Position numbers and translations under genes: made by a program. 64,000 nucleotides of DNA from NCBI GenBank assembly GCA_964234715.1, contig OZ174278.1; one strand, given 5' to 3'. This stretch comes from Podarcis melisellensis (lineage: Eukaryota). The notes beneath the pieces are model-generated. The model did not search any database, was not told where the DNA came from, and worked only from the letters and a program-made list of their open reading frames with translations. This document shows positions 48,730 through 62,439 of the stretch, piece after piece (positions within the stretch are counted from its first letter, which is position 1; every line of letters begins with the position of its first letter).

Positions 48730-49269
48730 GCATAAGTTTGCTTGGATTGAACCTCCTCTGCTCCTCTGCATTATGCCTTTTCAAGTGCTGGTACAACTGT
48801 CCAAGTGGATGGCTGAGTGCAGGATCTCTGAGCTTCCATTTGATGGCACCTCTACAAATTTATGATTTAGAGTACCTATTCTTCCTGCTTGTTTTGGAGG
48901 TTGTAATATGGGAACCAAATGGAATTATCTTACTGTTTATAATATGTATTTGTAGTTCACCCTTCAGCAAGTGCTCCCAGGGCAGATTCAATTTTTCTTC
49001 CAAAAAATAAAATACAAAATTGACAATTTTCATAGCACTAATATTTAAACAAATCTGCAAGTGGTTTGCACTGTAGATCAAAGCATCTTAAATAAATAGC
49101 AAATAAAAAAAGATGCCAGAGAATGTCTACATTCTGCAAAACAATTAGAAACCAAATAGAGAACTGGTCTTCAGCTGGTGGATAACAACAGGAAAGGAGC
49201 GTCACCACTATCCAAATATGTGGTAAAATTTTAAGAAATGGGTCCTGCAATGCATGTTTGGGTTAAAAG

Positions 49270-49404
49270 CAGGGCTTTTTTTCAAGGGAAACTCACCAGA
49301 ACTCAGTTCCAGCACCTCTCAGGTGGGTGTCCTTGCCATTCTAAGAGGGAGGTGTTCATGGTGAGTTCCGGCAGTTCTTTTTCTTTTTCTAAAAAAAGGC
49401 ACTG
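49270..49404. mobile_element. hAT-type MITE
   Basis: CAGGGCTTTTTTT...AAAAAAAGGCACTG ends; 8-bp TSD GTTAAAAG / GTTCAAAG with one mismatch. Confidence 0.8.
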
Positions 49405-49503
49405 GTTCAAAGTGAATGTAAGGATGCCCTTTGCTGGATCAGTCTGCCCCCAGGAGCATTCTAACTTGTAACAGGACATAATGACGACAGTGGTATAGTA
49501 TAA

Positions 49504-50095
49504 TCACAGAGTTGGAAGGTGCCCCAGGTGTCATCTAGTCCAACCTCCTGCAATGCAGGAATCTCAGCTAAACCTGAGATAACAGATCCAGCCTCTGCTT
49601 AAAAATCTCCAAGGAATGAGAGTCCATAACCAAGGGAGACCTTTCCATTGTCAAACAGCTCTTACTGTCAGAAAGTTCTTCCTGATGTTGAGTCAGAATC
49701 TCCTTTCCTGTAACTTGAATCCATTGATTCAGGTCCTACCCTTCAAAGCAGGGGGAAACAAGCTTGTTTCCTCTTCCATGTGGCAGCCCTTGAGATATTT
49801 GAAAATGGCTATCCTATCTCCTCTTGGTCTCCTCTTTTCCTAACTAACATTCACAGCTCCTTCAAGCACTCCGCATAGGGCTTGGTTTCCAGAACCTTGA
49901 TAATCTTGGTCACCTCCTCTGCACATGTTCCAGCTTGTCATCATCCTTTTAAAATTGTGATGCCCAGAACTGGACACAGTATTCCAGATGTGGTCTGACC
50001 AAGGCAGAATAAAGTGGTACTATTACTTTCCTTGATCTGGACACTAGACTTCTGTTGATGCAGCCTAGAAGACCATGAGCTATTTTTGCTGCTGT
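49504..50095 (-). mobile_element. CR1 LINE 3' fragment
   Basis: [36 protein letters not shown] and a CR1 3' UTR. Confidence 0.92.
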
Positions 50096-50195
50096 CTCAA
50101 CATGGATGTAAAAGTAAAAACAAACCCTACTAAATCCCCTTTCATTTCCCCTCACTTGCCTAACTCTCATTTTGCTCCCATAGCTCCTTCAGCAT

Positions 50196-50550
50196 GGTAA
50201 AGGTAAAGGGACCCCTGCCCATGAGGTCCAGTTGTGGCCAACTCTGGGGTTGTGGCGCTCATCTCACTTTATTGGCCAAGGGAGCCGGCGTACAGCTTCT
50301 GAGCCAGCATGTGGCCAGCATGACTAAGGTGCTTCTGGCGAACCAAAGCAGCACAAGGAAACACCTTTTACCTTCCCGCCAGAGCAGTACCTATTTATCT
50401 AATTGCACTTTGACGTGCTTTCAAACTGCTAGGCTGGCAGGAGCAGGGACCAAGCAACGGGAGCTCACTCCGTCACAGGGATTCAAACCACTGACCTTCT
50501 GATTGGCAAGCCCTAGGCTCAGTGGTTTAACCCACAGCGCCACCCATGTC
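50196..50550 (-). mobile_element. Sauria-type SINE
   Basis: Reverse complement of the family; GGTAAAGGTAAAGG tail; flanked by a short direct repeat (TC)AGCATG. Confidence 0.9.
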
Positions 50551-51084
50551 AGCATGATATCTTTCACTATATTAATCATTTAGTTGATGTAGCTTTAAAT
50601 ATTGTGAGGGGTCCTTTATCAAGATTTTGTTTCTGTTCAGCACCCATATGGTTGGGATGTGAATTTACCTTTGTTCCTGAATTATTGCCTAATGAAACCT
50701 CAGGTGGCTTTCTTTCACTTAAATCTTATATATACTGTACAAGCTCACACATATTTTTATAAAGGAGATACTATGGAGACATGGTAGGTATCTCTTGATC
50801 ATTACTCTCTTACAGAATGGAAAAAAGACTTTAAAAGAGAGAGAAAGAGAAATGAAGATCTTAAAGCACATTACCTTCCTTCTTCCCCCTCCCAAATACG
50901 AAGGGACAGATTGCACAAGAAAAGATAGGAAATATCAAAAGAGAAAATAAATATCAAATGCATAAGACTTTCTTCTTCTTTGTTTACTTGGTTAAAGCAA
51001 GGGGGCACATCAGCAGACGTCACATCTGTAAACTCTGGTGTGTACAGGCATAAAAAATGCATGCACAACCTGTAGTTGTCTCAC

Positions 51085-51141
51085 CTCCTGTGACACACTC
51101 TGCCAGAGTTGGTCCTTTGAGAGATGCAAAAGCTGCACCAT
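51085..51141 (-). other. Candidate first-exon coding segment MVQLLHLSKDQLWQSVSQE (phase 0)
   Basis: GGGGCATGG Kozak context; 19 open codons to donor GAG|GTGAGA; lies in a repeat-free block at about 50600-52400. Confidence 0.3.
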
Positions 51142-52483
51142 GCCCCAAAGCCAGTGTCAAAAAAGAAACAGAGGGGGAGGAAGCAAGTCATTATGCAGTG
51201 CTCTTAAACAAGTTTTCTAAAGTGTAATACTTGCCGAGGTGCTAAACCCGAGTTTGGGCTTTGCAGATGGGGCTCATATAACTGAATACAAAAATAAAAT
51301 AAAAAACCCTGCACATAGAAAAATAGCATATAAGAGAGAGAAGGCTAGGCTCGATTTCCGTACAACATGCTTGTTTTCTACATGCACAAATTAAAAGTGA
51401 AATGGGGAAAAACCCATGACACAGGACTCTAGGATACTTGGCATGAAATTGGAATTGTTCTTAGTCCTCTAGCGTTCTTCTTCTTTGCCTAATGTGTTTG
51501 AAGTAAATACAGAGTTGCTGTCTGGTGTGTGAATGGTGTGGCATATCACCCGGTCGAAATTGGTTCCCAGGTTCTCTGCGTGGGGGCTTGAACTGGTGTG
51601 GTGTGTGTTGTTGTTTTAAACTTTTTGGGTTCAGAAACCTGGCTTTATTCCATTAACCAGGCATAGATTCGTGCATTGAGATATTTCCTCAGGAAATATA
51701 AAGAAATGTATTTTAAAATTTAGAACTATCCATTCAAATTAATAATTTTCTCATAGACCACACACCATATGTCCCCATTCCAGAAGTAGATAAATGCATT
51801 TTGGAACAGATTTAGAATTCTGATAATAAATGGAAAAACCTGGTGTTTGGTCTGGGATATACTAGTCTTGTAGTGGTGTTAATTATGTTTTGCTTTATAT
51901 ATCTTGTTGCGTAGTTCAAAGGAAATAATTAGCTCTGTACTGTTCTATAATGGGTAGCTATGATTACATACTTCCTGATTTTTCTGATCTGCCTGGATTA
52001 CATTTTATTGTAAGTCATGCTTCAATGCCTCTTCTGCAATAGGGACACTTTATCTGACCTGAGCTGCAAGCTCCTGGAGGCAGTAGCCATATGTGGATCC
52101 TGGCCAGGTCTCAGCATCGTGAGGTGGAGCTTCCCTCCTTTCAAGGGACCTTGCATGCCCTCCAAGTTTCCTAATTTTTCAGGGCTGCTCCTGGAATTAG
52201 ACATATATCTCTGCACAAGAAAGTGGGAGATGAAGGCATTCCTTCAAAAGCACAGACACCGAGTAATCTGAGTTATAGGCGACTCACCCACCTTCTTCTA
52301 TGATGCATGCAGTGCCAGATGAACAGTTGGTGGCCATGGGGAAATGGTCCCACGATTGCTGGAAACACCCATAGAATGATGGCGATTAGCAAGTGTAAGA
52401 AACTGGCAGTGGCAAAGATCAATATACAAACTGAAACACAGTTATTCTTCAAAATTTGCACTTCTCCAAATTAACAACATGAT

Positions 52484-52954
52484 TGTCACAAACTTCCTCA
52501 CCACACCCTTCAGAAAAATGGGTATAACTGTTCAGTTTCTGTTAATTGATTCTCATGGGAAACTTGCAGATTCTGGCTTCAAACAATTAACTCAAGGCAG
52601 TGTCAATTTACTCTTGGCAGAAAGCCCAGGTCAGCTTGACCTAGAAACTGCTTACTCTGATTGGTTAACGACCAGCATTCAACTCTTAACTAGGGATTGC
52701 TAGCTCAGTTTGATGTGAGGTGTGTTAGGAGTAGAAGTGCTGTGTATGGTTTTGAGAGAGAGAGAAAGAGAGGATTTATTTTGCTTTTATTTGTATGCAG
52801 AAACTCTGCTGGTTTTATTTTCTCCTTTTTAATAAATCCTGTAAATAGTTATTCCGAGTCTAGCTGACTAGTCATTACTGCCGCAACTAGCTTCTTCGCT
52901 GTGCAGGAAAACTCTGCTACGTTTGGGCTAAAGCCAATAGGGCTATGCCTGACA
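52484..52954 (+). mobile_element. Probable solo LTR
   Basis: TGTCA...TGACA inverted ends; ATTGG at about 52660; AATAAA at about 52831; no matching TSD. Confidence 0.5.
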
Positions 52955-53599
52955 CTTCAAAGTTCCAAGAATAACAACACTAGACTACTTTGTAGGGCTG
53001 ACATAACCCACACTCAGTCATAGTCAGTCCCCCTGCAATATGAGTATATAATTATGAAACTATTCAGACTGAATTATTCAGGTGGGTAGTTTATTTTAAC
53101 CTTTATGATGGTGAGGTGATTGATTGTTCTAAGTTGCTTGCAAGATGCTGTACGACAAATTAGCTTAATCAGCCATTTTATCTACAATTGCTGAAGTAAG
53201 GAGAAAAAGGAAGGGTGTCAAGAGGTTTGCTAAGTCCAGATATGCATGGCCAGCATGTAGGCCAAGGGTTGCTTTTCCAAAAAGAAAAAAAGGAAGTACA
53301 AGGCTCACATGGGGCAATTTATTTTCAAGTCAGAAAAGCAGTGAAGGCTGTTCTGGTAGAGCTGCTAGGGCACAACCATCCAATGAGAACAGCAAGCAAT
53401 TCTTTTAAAGCCCCCAGCCACCCAAAAGTAATCAAACCCACACAATCGTTTCTGTCCCATACATATTTTATGCTCCTTGCAGAAGCTTGTGGAGGCATTT
53501 CTGCAGATCACCTGCTCTCTGACCAATCAAGTCTCTGCACCCCTTAACCACCCCTAACCCAAAAGTATAGCTATTGCAAAGAGATCCCTCCTGTGGGTG

Positions 53600-54260
53600 T
53601 CTGGGCACCTGTGGAATAAGAGTGTTAGGACTGTCAGCTTTTCAGCCCCTGTTGTGAAGGTCCTTTCTCCCTCTTGTTATGGCTCCTCCAGTATGAACAA
53701 TTATCACCTACTGTTAAATACTTCTGTTTTGGACAAGATGTGTAGCATTTCTAGGGATTTCTGGATGAAACTGACTATCTAGATCCTTTTCAGTCTGACT
53801 TCCTAACTGGTTTTGGGAAATAAAACTGGTTGGCCATTCTGCTGATTTGTGATGGGAGATGGATGGACCAGAGAGTGTGACCCTGTTGGTTTTCCTGGAC
53901 CTCTCAGCGACCATGGTATCCTTCTGGACCACCTTGTAGGGACAAGCTCTGTGTACACTCTCTTCTTTCCTTCATTCCTGGGAGGCTGGACCCAGATGGT
54001 GGTGCTGAGAGGCTACTGCCCTTCCCTTGGGCCTGTGGCCTATGGGGCTCCTTGGGGTTCCATCTTGTCTCCCACACTGTTCAACACCTGCATGAAACTG
54101 CTTGGTGAAGTCATCTGGATATCTGTGCTGCGCAGTCACCCATGGGCTCTCTCGCTCATTTACATCTGACTCTAGGACAGCAGTGGAAGTCGTCAGCGGG
54201 GACCCAGGGGCTGGATATTTAACCTGTTTGGAATTGGGGTGCACTCTCCCCAACCAGGCA
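53600..54260 (+). mobile_element. Degenerate L2 RT fragment
   Basis: LDPFQSDF, LLVFLDLS..DHGILLD and GAPWGSILSPTLFNTCMKLLGEVI. Confidence 0.8.
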
Positions 54261-54544
54261 TTTTTGTTGAGGTGCCCAGGTGGCACCAGTGGCGTGGGGT
54301 GCTTTTCTCCAGCTTCAGGTGATACACCAACCACTACCCTTCCTGATGAGAGAGGACCTTGTCAAGGCTGTTTATTAACTTATAAAACATATATCAGCCT
54401 TATACCAGTGGGCTACAACAGTAAATATAAAACAATCAACATTTTCACCAGGAAGAATCCCTCTAAAACAAGCAGAAGGTGAGCCCTACGCTGTGTTCAC
54501 TCTTCGCTTCAACATCCCAGTAAACCAGAAACCATATAGACAAC

Positions 54545-54702
54545 AGAACAGACTCCCACAAGAGGTGGTGGACTCTCCTTCTTTGGAGGTTTTTAGGCAG
54601 AGGTTGGGTGACCATCTGCCAGGTATGATCTGGTTGAGAATCTAGCATTGCAGGGGGTTGGACTAGATGACCTTTGGGACCACTTCAGACTCTACCATTC
54701 TA
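54545..54702 (+). mobile_element. CR1 3' end fragment
   Basis: GAGGTGGTGGACTCTCCTTCTTTGGAGGTTTTTAGGCAGAGGTTGG...GGACTAGATGACC. Confidence 0.8.
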
Positions 54703-54886
54703 GGATACTAGGATCATATCAATCAACCGGCTCATCTCCACATTCCAGAGTCTCATTGAGGCACTGGCAGAATTCTAAAGGCAGACTACTGAAGTCAGTT
54801 TGCAAACTTTTGTTAAAGGGGACCCAGCCCCCATAATTTATCTTACTGCAAGGCTGGTTCTCAATCTCAACCCTATGTGTTGCTGC

Positions 54887-55201
54887 AACCACAGAGCCTA
54901 GGGCTAACCGATAGAAAGGCCAGCAGTTTGAATCCCCATGACGCCCATTGTTCGGTCCCAGCTCCTGCCAACCTAGCAGTTCGAAAGCACATCAAGTGTG
55001 AGTAGATAAATAAGTACTGCTCTGGCGGGAAGGTAAACGGCGTTTCCATGCGCTGCTCTGGTTTGCCAGAAGTGGCTTAGTCATGCTGGCCACATGACCG
55101 GAAGCTGTACGCCAGCTCCCTTGGCCAATAAAGCGAGATGAGCACTGCAATCCCAGAGTCGCCCACGACTGGACCTAACGATCAGGTGTCCCTTTACCTT
55201 T
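54887..55201 (+). mobile_element. Sauria-type SINE, 5'-truncated
   Basis: Body matches the other copies; CCCTTTACCTTT tail. Confidence 0.88.
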
Positions 55202-56199
55202 GCCTTTATTTATACCTGCAAAGCTTTGTCAATCTATGAGAATGACCAGGCCCACCATCTGGGAATAGTTCCTCATCTTGGTACCCCTCTGCATTCCTCA
55301 AAGGCTTCCAAATCTTTCTGGAATTGTTTTCCCTGCCATTTGTAGCCTTTTCTTTGTGAATTCTTGAGAGGATCCACATATCCCCCCCGCCCAGCTCTGA
55401 AGCTCTGCTAGTTTTCAGATGTTCTAATTTTTTGATCACCTGTTCTAGCATGAATCTATCTGCCTTGGATATTTTTTACTGGCTCTCCTGGGAAATTTAT
55501 GTCTGTTGCTGACATCTGTCCCCCAGTCTTCTGTGTGAACACAGAGAAAAAGAATTCATTTGATTGCATTTTAGCAATGTCTGCCTCTTCGGTTAGTAAA
55601 TTATCCAGGCTATCTCTTTGAAATCCCACTGTCTCCTTCAATGACCTCTCATTTCTTGTGTACTTGAAAATACGGTTTATTATTTATCTTAACCTCTGCT
55701 GCAATTTTCATTTCATTTCACATTTACTGTTTTAACTGATTGCTACACTTGGCACTGCATTCTGTAATCTTTCTAAGCTTTCTTGGTTTCCGCCCCCCCC
55801 CTGAAACACATACTATATGTCTATACTTTGACTTTCAGTCTGAGTGTTCTGCTTTCCTATGAAGTTATTACTGGTTATTACAGATGATGCATGGATTATC
55901 CAATAATGTAACACCTCCTCTGTTGCCTTGTTTTTATACAATCATTAATCTGCATTATATTAGACTCCAAGAACCTGTGAACCATTGCCCCAGAATTGCT
56001 TCTTTTTGGAAAGAAGTTTCTCAAACTTTGATTCCCAGACTTTTTGAACTTGTTTCACTTTCTAAACTCCATGCCAACAATAGGACTATCTCCAAGAGAC
56101 ATCAGTCCAACACACCAAACAGGGCAGACGTTTGCTGATGTCTTTTCTCACAAGTGATGTGAGGGGTGTTTTGAAGGTGGGCATTGGAATTGGAGTGAG

Positions 56200-56760
56200 T
56201 GCACCATATTGTCATGGTCTGCCCACCATTTGGTGATGTTGGGATTGTTTGAGATAATACCCACCCCCATCCCCTGGCAAGGCAGCTGGATTATTTGGAT
56301 GGGTCTGCCACCAGAGACTAATGAAATCTGACAGATTCTGGATTGCTCTGGGGAATTTTCCAGTGGAGAAAGTCAACAATGCTGTTGAAGCCCCAGTCAG
56401 TGAGATGAGGTGGGTGGTTGACAATATCACTCCAAATATGCTCATGAACTTATGGGCTATGAAGCAAGCCATACAGACTGGAGCAAAAGCACAAGTCTCA
56501 CTCTGAAGCAGACAAAACACAGGTTGGTGCATAGGATTGTGTCTACTGTGTGGCAGTGCAGGCAATGAAGACAGTGAACTTCATAGCTTGCATTTCATTC
56601 TCAAGCAACTGCCTGATGGAGCTTTTTCTGGTGGGTCCAGAGGTTGATGATCCAACAGAGGAGAAATACGGTAATCTCTGGAGCCCTCAAAGACCTGCTT
56701 TGACCAACCAGCTGCACATTTCAAGGATAAAGTCATTCAACTTTGAAGAGACATCGATTC
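56200..56760 (+). mobile_element. Highly degenerate L2 ORF2 fragment (between endonuclease and RT)
   Basis: VDNITP..., LWAMKQ and QAMKTVNFIACISFSSNCLMELF resemble the L2 linker region. Confidence 0.5.
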
Positions 56761-59700
56761 CATATTTGTTGCACTCCCTACCAAAATGCGTTGGTGGACC
56801 ACTCAGTTTATGCAGCCTGATGATGTGGACAAGGGTCCTGTGGTTCTATGTCCAACCAAGCACACTCTTTACCCCTGTCCCTCTTGGCTTATTAAATCTA
56901 GCAGAGGGGCGTTGATTGGCCTGGTTAATGCTTCCTTATGAAACAGGGGAGGGTCTCTACTGCCTTGAAAGAGGCAAGGGTTTGCTCATTCCTAAAGAAG
57001 ATGGCGCTGGAGTTATTGGTCTAGACTGCTGACTAGTTGCAAACAACTCCACCTTTAGAATAGATGTGTGTGGCAGGTGTAGGCATTCTTGGACAATATG
57101 GATTATCAAGACTGGAACCTTGGTCTTACACATGTAGCAGGTCCTAGCTGCTATGTTGATCACACACATGTTTTACTGACTCTTGCTACTGCTTCCTGGT
57201 ACTAGGACACTGCAAGGTTTCCTCATACATTGAGTACCCTTCCCAACCCATGGGATGCCACCGTGTGACCTTCTGCATGGATGAGCATGCATCCGAATGG
57301 CTAGTGTACTTCTCTTTGGAAACATGCTTCAGAGGTGAAACAAGAAGGTGGCCAGAGCTTTGCTGACAGGGGTTGTGTGGTGGCAGGGGTGGGTGGGGAG
57401 CCCATGAGATCCCACAACCCAAGGCAGCGGCTTCCGTCTGCCTCACAGGGGTGGGCCATCTCTGGAGACAGCAAACCTTTGCTTCCCAGATGCTGGGGAC
57501 AAGCCACAAAGAATGACCACCAACTTCCTGCTTTACTAGTCTGGCCAGCTACTGCTGGGGGCAGAGCGAAATAGGGCCTAATGTTGCCCTGGCATTACTA
57601 TTGGGGCCCTCTATTCATTTCCAGGTCATGTCTTGATACTTTGTTTATGTAAGGAGCTGTCAGGTACAAACACAAACTATCATGTGTTTGTTGCGACACT
57701 CTAGCTTTCAATAGCAGAAGCATCTCTGAAACAGGTAATCAGTTTTTCCTTTCAGTGCTAATGAAGATATGCATGTACTTCAGTTATATGAGGAACAATG
57801 GGAACATTTCTAGTGACACCAAGAGATTTATACTGTACAGCTGTGGAGAAAAACAAAAGTAGAGGTTACCTTTGGAAGATACACAGATTTCTTTTCCTGC
57901 CCAGGTGTGAAAAAGTAATTTCTGTGTGTCATTTCCTCATACCCCATGAAATTCCTACATGTCGTTGCCTTATACAGTGTGAGAACATAGGCAGTTGTGT
58001 GAAACAATTCTGCAAATTCTTACTAATTACCTTACATTTGTTAAATAAATATTTGCCAATTAATGCTGTGATCTTTGAGCAATGCAATTCTAAGGCATTT
58101 TGAATATTTTAAAAAAATTCATTGGCAGCTCTACAGTAGGCAGCTTTGGGCATTTTATACCTTCCTCTAGAATTCTCACTAGTTCCTTAGCCCAATTATT
58201 GCACCTTGGTTGAGATGTTGACCTTTCCTAACAGAAGTTTGGATGGCATTTCAAATCCAGCCTCATTTTGAGGTACAGTTCTCACCACATTCACAGGTGC
58301 TTTGCCAAGAAATTTTGCTTAGAGAGTATTTTGGACATGGCATTGGGGAAGCCTTGGGCTTCCTGTTTGCCAGCATACCATCTAACGAGGGGAAGCTGGT
58401 CCATGGCTGGTACGGGGTACAGTTCTGCCAATGAGTATTCTTGTTAAATCCCTTCCCACATTCTCAAAGCCACAAACGCTTTCCTGTCCCATTCATATTT
58501 TACACTTGAACAAGTGTGAAGGTTTGAGTAAAGCAGGGATGGAATATACTGAGAAGGAAATGGTAGTTTTAAACAACAGCAGAGGTTGAGTAAAGTTGGG
58601 ATAGAGGCACACTGAGTTTATTTAATACAATCAAACCAGTTTTAACAAGAGAAATAACAGAGATGGGTGCAGCACAGAGGCAAACACAAAAAGATAAGGT
58701 AGAGCCTTTCGAAACTCCCTCCTCAGTGTCATCACCTGCTCATTCTGCTCAAACTTCTGCCATGCTTTGAAATCACCATTTTTCTCTCCTTCTGTTTTTA
58801 GGTTGGTCTTTTTTCATGATTCCTAACCTGACCCTTCCTCTATTCAAAACCAGAGACTGGTAGGCTGGAGTAGATGTTGTATTATTATCATCCTTTATTT
58901 ATTATTATTGAGTTTGTATCCTCCAAGGAGCTCAAGGTGGAAATCCTTGGTCTTCTTTCCCCCATGCCATCGTCACAACAACCCTGTGAGGGAGCTGACA
59001 CTGAGAGGCATTGAGCAGCTCAAGCTCACGCAGTGAATTTCATGACTGGGTGGTGATCTTAACCCTCATCTCTCTGGCCCCAGTCCATTTATATCCTTCT
59101 ACCTTATTCCACATTCTGGAAATAAGACATAGACGTGCATACATTGAGGGGAGGGAAACCTGGAAATTTATGGGGACCCTTGTTAACAGTCCTGTGTGAG
59201 ACCTTAAAGACTCACCCATTCAGGCTACAATCCTGGACATAGATATAAGGGAACAATTTGCATGGAGTTCAGTGAGGCTTGCGTCTGCATAATGTATGGT
59301 TTCTCGGTATGAACTTTTAAAAGGAAAATACCCAAATTGTTGAGATTTTTCCATCGCATTGCCATACATCCTGGTTTTCCCCGACTTTTTGCCAATTTGA
59401 CATAATTCCCCCCTGACACCATTTTTACACCCGAAAACCAGGACATGTCAGGATTTTTCCTGACGTATGCCAAGCATGCTTAGGTGTGAAGTATTAGTAA
59501 AACAGCAATTATTTAAGTGTCAGCTGTTTCATTGCAAAGGAAGAGGGTAGGGAGAGAATAGGAACAGGTGGCCACTCTGTTTTTCTTCCAGTAGAGGAGC
59601 AACTCTGACAGCAGGGATCCCTTCGGAACCACCTTCAGAAGAGTGGCCTAAGAATTGCAATTGTCTGGCTCAGCATCAATGGAAAGGTTGCAGTTATGGT

Positions 59701-59966
59701 GGAGCCCAGGGAGACAACATTGTCTACTGCCTCTAGCATGTGTTCAGCACTCCTGATGCGTGGAGTGCTGGCAATGCTCTTTAACTTTCACTAAAGCACA
59801 ACATTTATTAATATACGAAGCCTCTCCCAACATTGGTGCACCCTTCTGGGCAGGCACCTCCCCCACTGATTCTGACCTACGGAGTTGCAACCCATTTAAG
59901 TGACAGGCCTCCTTGTAACTTCACGCAGCATTTAGAATTTGTTTGAAAAGAGCTCATCTTCTCAAG

Positions 59967-60328
59967 ATAGGGACACAGGTGGCGCTGTGGGTTAAAGCCT
60001 CAGCGCCTAGGACTTGCTGATCGAAAGGTCGGCGGTTTGAATCCCTGCTGTGGGGTGCGCTCCCGCTGCTCGGTCCCAGCGCCTGCCAACCTAGCAGTTC
60101 GAAAGCACCTCCGGGTGCAAGTAGATAAATAGGGACCGCTTACCAGCGGGAAGGTAAACGGCGTTTCCGTGTGCAGCTCTGGCTCGCCAGAGCAGCGATG
60201 TCACACTGGCCATGTGACCCGGAAGTGTCTCCGGACAACGCTGGCCCCTGGCCTCTTAAGTGAGATGGGCGCACAACCCCAGAGTCTGTCAAGACTGGCC
60301 CGTACGGGCAGGGGTACCTTTACCTTTA
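59967..60328 (+). mobile_element. Sauria-type SINE, full length with TSD
   Basis: GGGACACAGGTGGCGCTGTGG head; ACCTTTACCTTTA tail; perfect 12-bp TSD CATCTTCTCAAG at 59955-59966 and 60329-60340. Confidence 0.95.
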
Positions 60329-60808
60329 CATCTTCTCAAGGGAGGAGTGAAGCTTCTGAGTGAGCTGGAGAAGAAAGGGGCCGGTCCCAGTACATTGAAG
60401 GCGGGGAATGATGAATACATTTTTATAAAAACCTGACATAGTGTCTATGATGCCTTTGGGATATAATTAATATTTACTGGGCAGCTGAAACGGCAGGATA
60501 AAAAGGGCACCGACAGGTGACAGGCTTCAGAAACAGGCAGCTGGTGAGGACACCTGGAAAGCATTATTAGCCTGACATGAATATAATCAGAAATCCTGCA
60601 CCATTGTGGTTCCCAACTGTGTGAAAGCTCCCGTGTGTATTCCGCTTTGTGTACTCAGGGTGCTCTTTCATGCATATAACTGAATGTGTAGATGTTGGGA
60701 AGCCCAGCCAGAGAGCAGCACACCACTGTGAACATGGTGCATGTGTTCTCTAAACATGTGATGGCTTGGCAGGGAAGGGCTTAAGCAGCTCCCATAAAGG
60801 CCCTGGGG

Positions 60809-60862
60809 ACCATTGCCCATTACTGGTTGTTTGCAACCATTGCCCATTACTGGTTGTTTGCA
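60809..60862. repeat. Perfect 27-bp tandem duplication
   Basis: ACCATTGCCCATTACTGGTTGTTTGCA twice. Confidence 0.9.
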
Positions 60863-62057
60863 ATGTTTAATGTTATTCTTTATTTTTTAAAAGTCATATA
60901 AAAAAAACTCTTTTAGAAGCCTTCTTGGGCTTGGTGGTTGTGGGTGATGGTGTACCTCCACTTTCTACTTCCAGTCCAGACCGCATTCCTCTTAGCCACA
61001 CTTTGGGCAGCTCTACTGGCACAAGGGACTTCTGTTCTCTGTGTGGAGTGGCACTGCCTCTTCTGTCTCCTCCAGGCCTCTGTGTGCCTTCAAAATCAGC
61101 TCCAGGGTGAGGGGAGCTAACTTTGGGTGGGTTACAGGGGAAGAAGAGGAAACTGAAGCCCTGTTGCACCAGCAGAACACCACCCTTAGGAAACGAACCT
61201 ATGCACAAGAAGTCCGCACAAAGGAGGACAGTGTAAGGTGAGCTGGCATAAAGCTGCAGCACATCCAAACTCCCTTCAGCAGTGGGGCTACTGCTGCCTC
61301 AGCTGGCCTAAGCCTTTAATGTAGTGTTTGAGTTATGCCACCCTTCTTGCCAGTTTCATTTGGCCAGGTGGCTTAATATATAACCTAAGCCATCCTGCCC
61401 CGCCCTTCCCCTGCCATGCCTCTGCCACACCATTTTCTTTCAGGACTTGCACCAGCTTGGCTCAGCCCACTGAGCCAGAGGAGATATACTGAGCCAAGGA
61501 GGAGGGAGTTAACCTGCTGGATCCTGACCTATGGAGCCTGCTGCTATGACTGCTGCTTAAGTCTCTCATTTTGGAGTCTCTGCTCACCTCTGCCTCTCTC
61601 ATCAGTGTTTATTTTGCAGAGGAATGCACATCCAGACCACAAAACTTCAAGAGGCACAAATGATGGGATATTTGTTTCAAGTGTATGTAAGGGGAAGTCA
61701 GATTGGATATTTCATTCTGCTGTGACGCCCAGAATAATTTGGATCAGATTGTGCCTCTGGGTGTCCTTGTTCTGTTATATTTTTTTCCTTTCTTTTTGTT
61801 TCTCTTCAGCTGTCTTCCTCTTGTACCTTTGCATGTCGTTTTCCTCCAGGTGCCTTTCTGTTTGGTCTTGAAGTTCTTTAAATCATAGGACACGCATCCT
61901 TTTTTTTCTTGGAAGATATTTGCTACATTTCCTGTCCTTTTGTGTCATCAGGAAACGAACACTTCCCTCCTTTAAATCAGCAGCAGCAGCATCAATCCCA
62001 CTGTTTCAGACATCAAGAAGCAAGATATTCCAAACTGGTAAAGATGCATTACTATTA

Positions 62058-62309
62058 CAGTGGTACCTTGGGATGTGAACGGAATCCGTTCAGGAGCCCC
62101 GTTCGCATCCCAAACAGAATGTAAGACGTAACAGCGCATCTGCGGGTCGTGTTTCGCTGCTTCAGCGCATGCATGTGACATCATTTTGAGTGTCTGCGCA
62201 TGCGCAAGCGGTGAAACCCAAAAGTAACGCACTCCGTTACTTCCGGGTCACCGTGGAGCGCAACCCAAAAGCGCTCAACCTGAAGCGTATTTATTCCAAG
62301 GTACGACTG
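62058..62309. mobile_element. Tc1/mariner-pogo-type MITE
   Basis: TA|CAGTGGTACCTTGG...CCAAGGTACGACTG|TA; TIRs match at 13 of 14 positions. Confidence 0.9.
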
Positions 62310-62439
62310 TATTGGATGTGTTGCTTATACCATGTGAGGCAGGAACTTGTAGTCCTCCACATACTGTTGACTTTCAGTCAATAATTATTATTCAATAATG
62401 TTGAATAATATATATGGGCCAAATGTAGATTCCCCAGAT

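Noticed and set aside
61076-61237. Plus-strand 162-nt exon-like segment (TCTCCTCCAG acceptor, AAG|GTGAG donor, one open frame)
   Set aside because: Peptide unrecognisable, no partner exons found, and the composition resembles the purine-rich LTR-like blocks. Not supportable without RNA data.
61735-61935. Minus-strand Lys/Arg-rich frame (...KGTRGRQLKRNKKKGKKYNRTRTPRGTI*) resembling a basic C-terminal tail
   Set aside because: Stop codon just upstream, no good splice acceptor and no recognisable domain; explained by purine skew.
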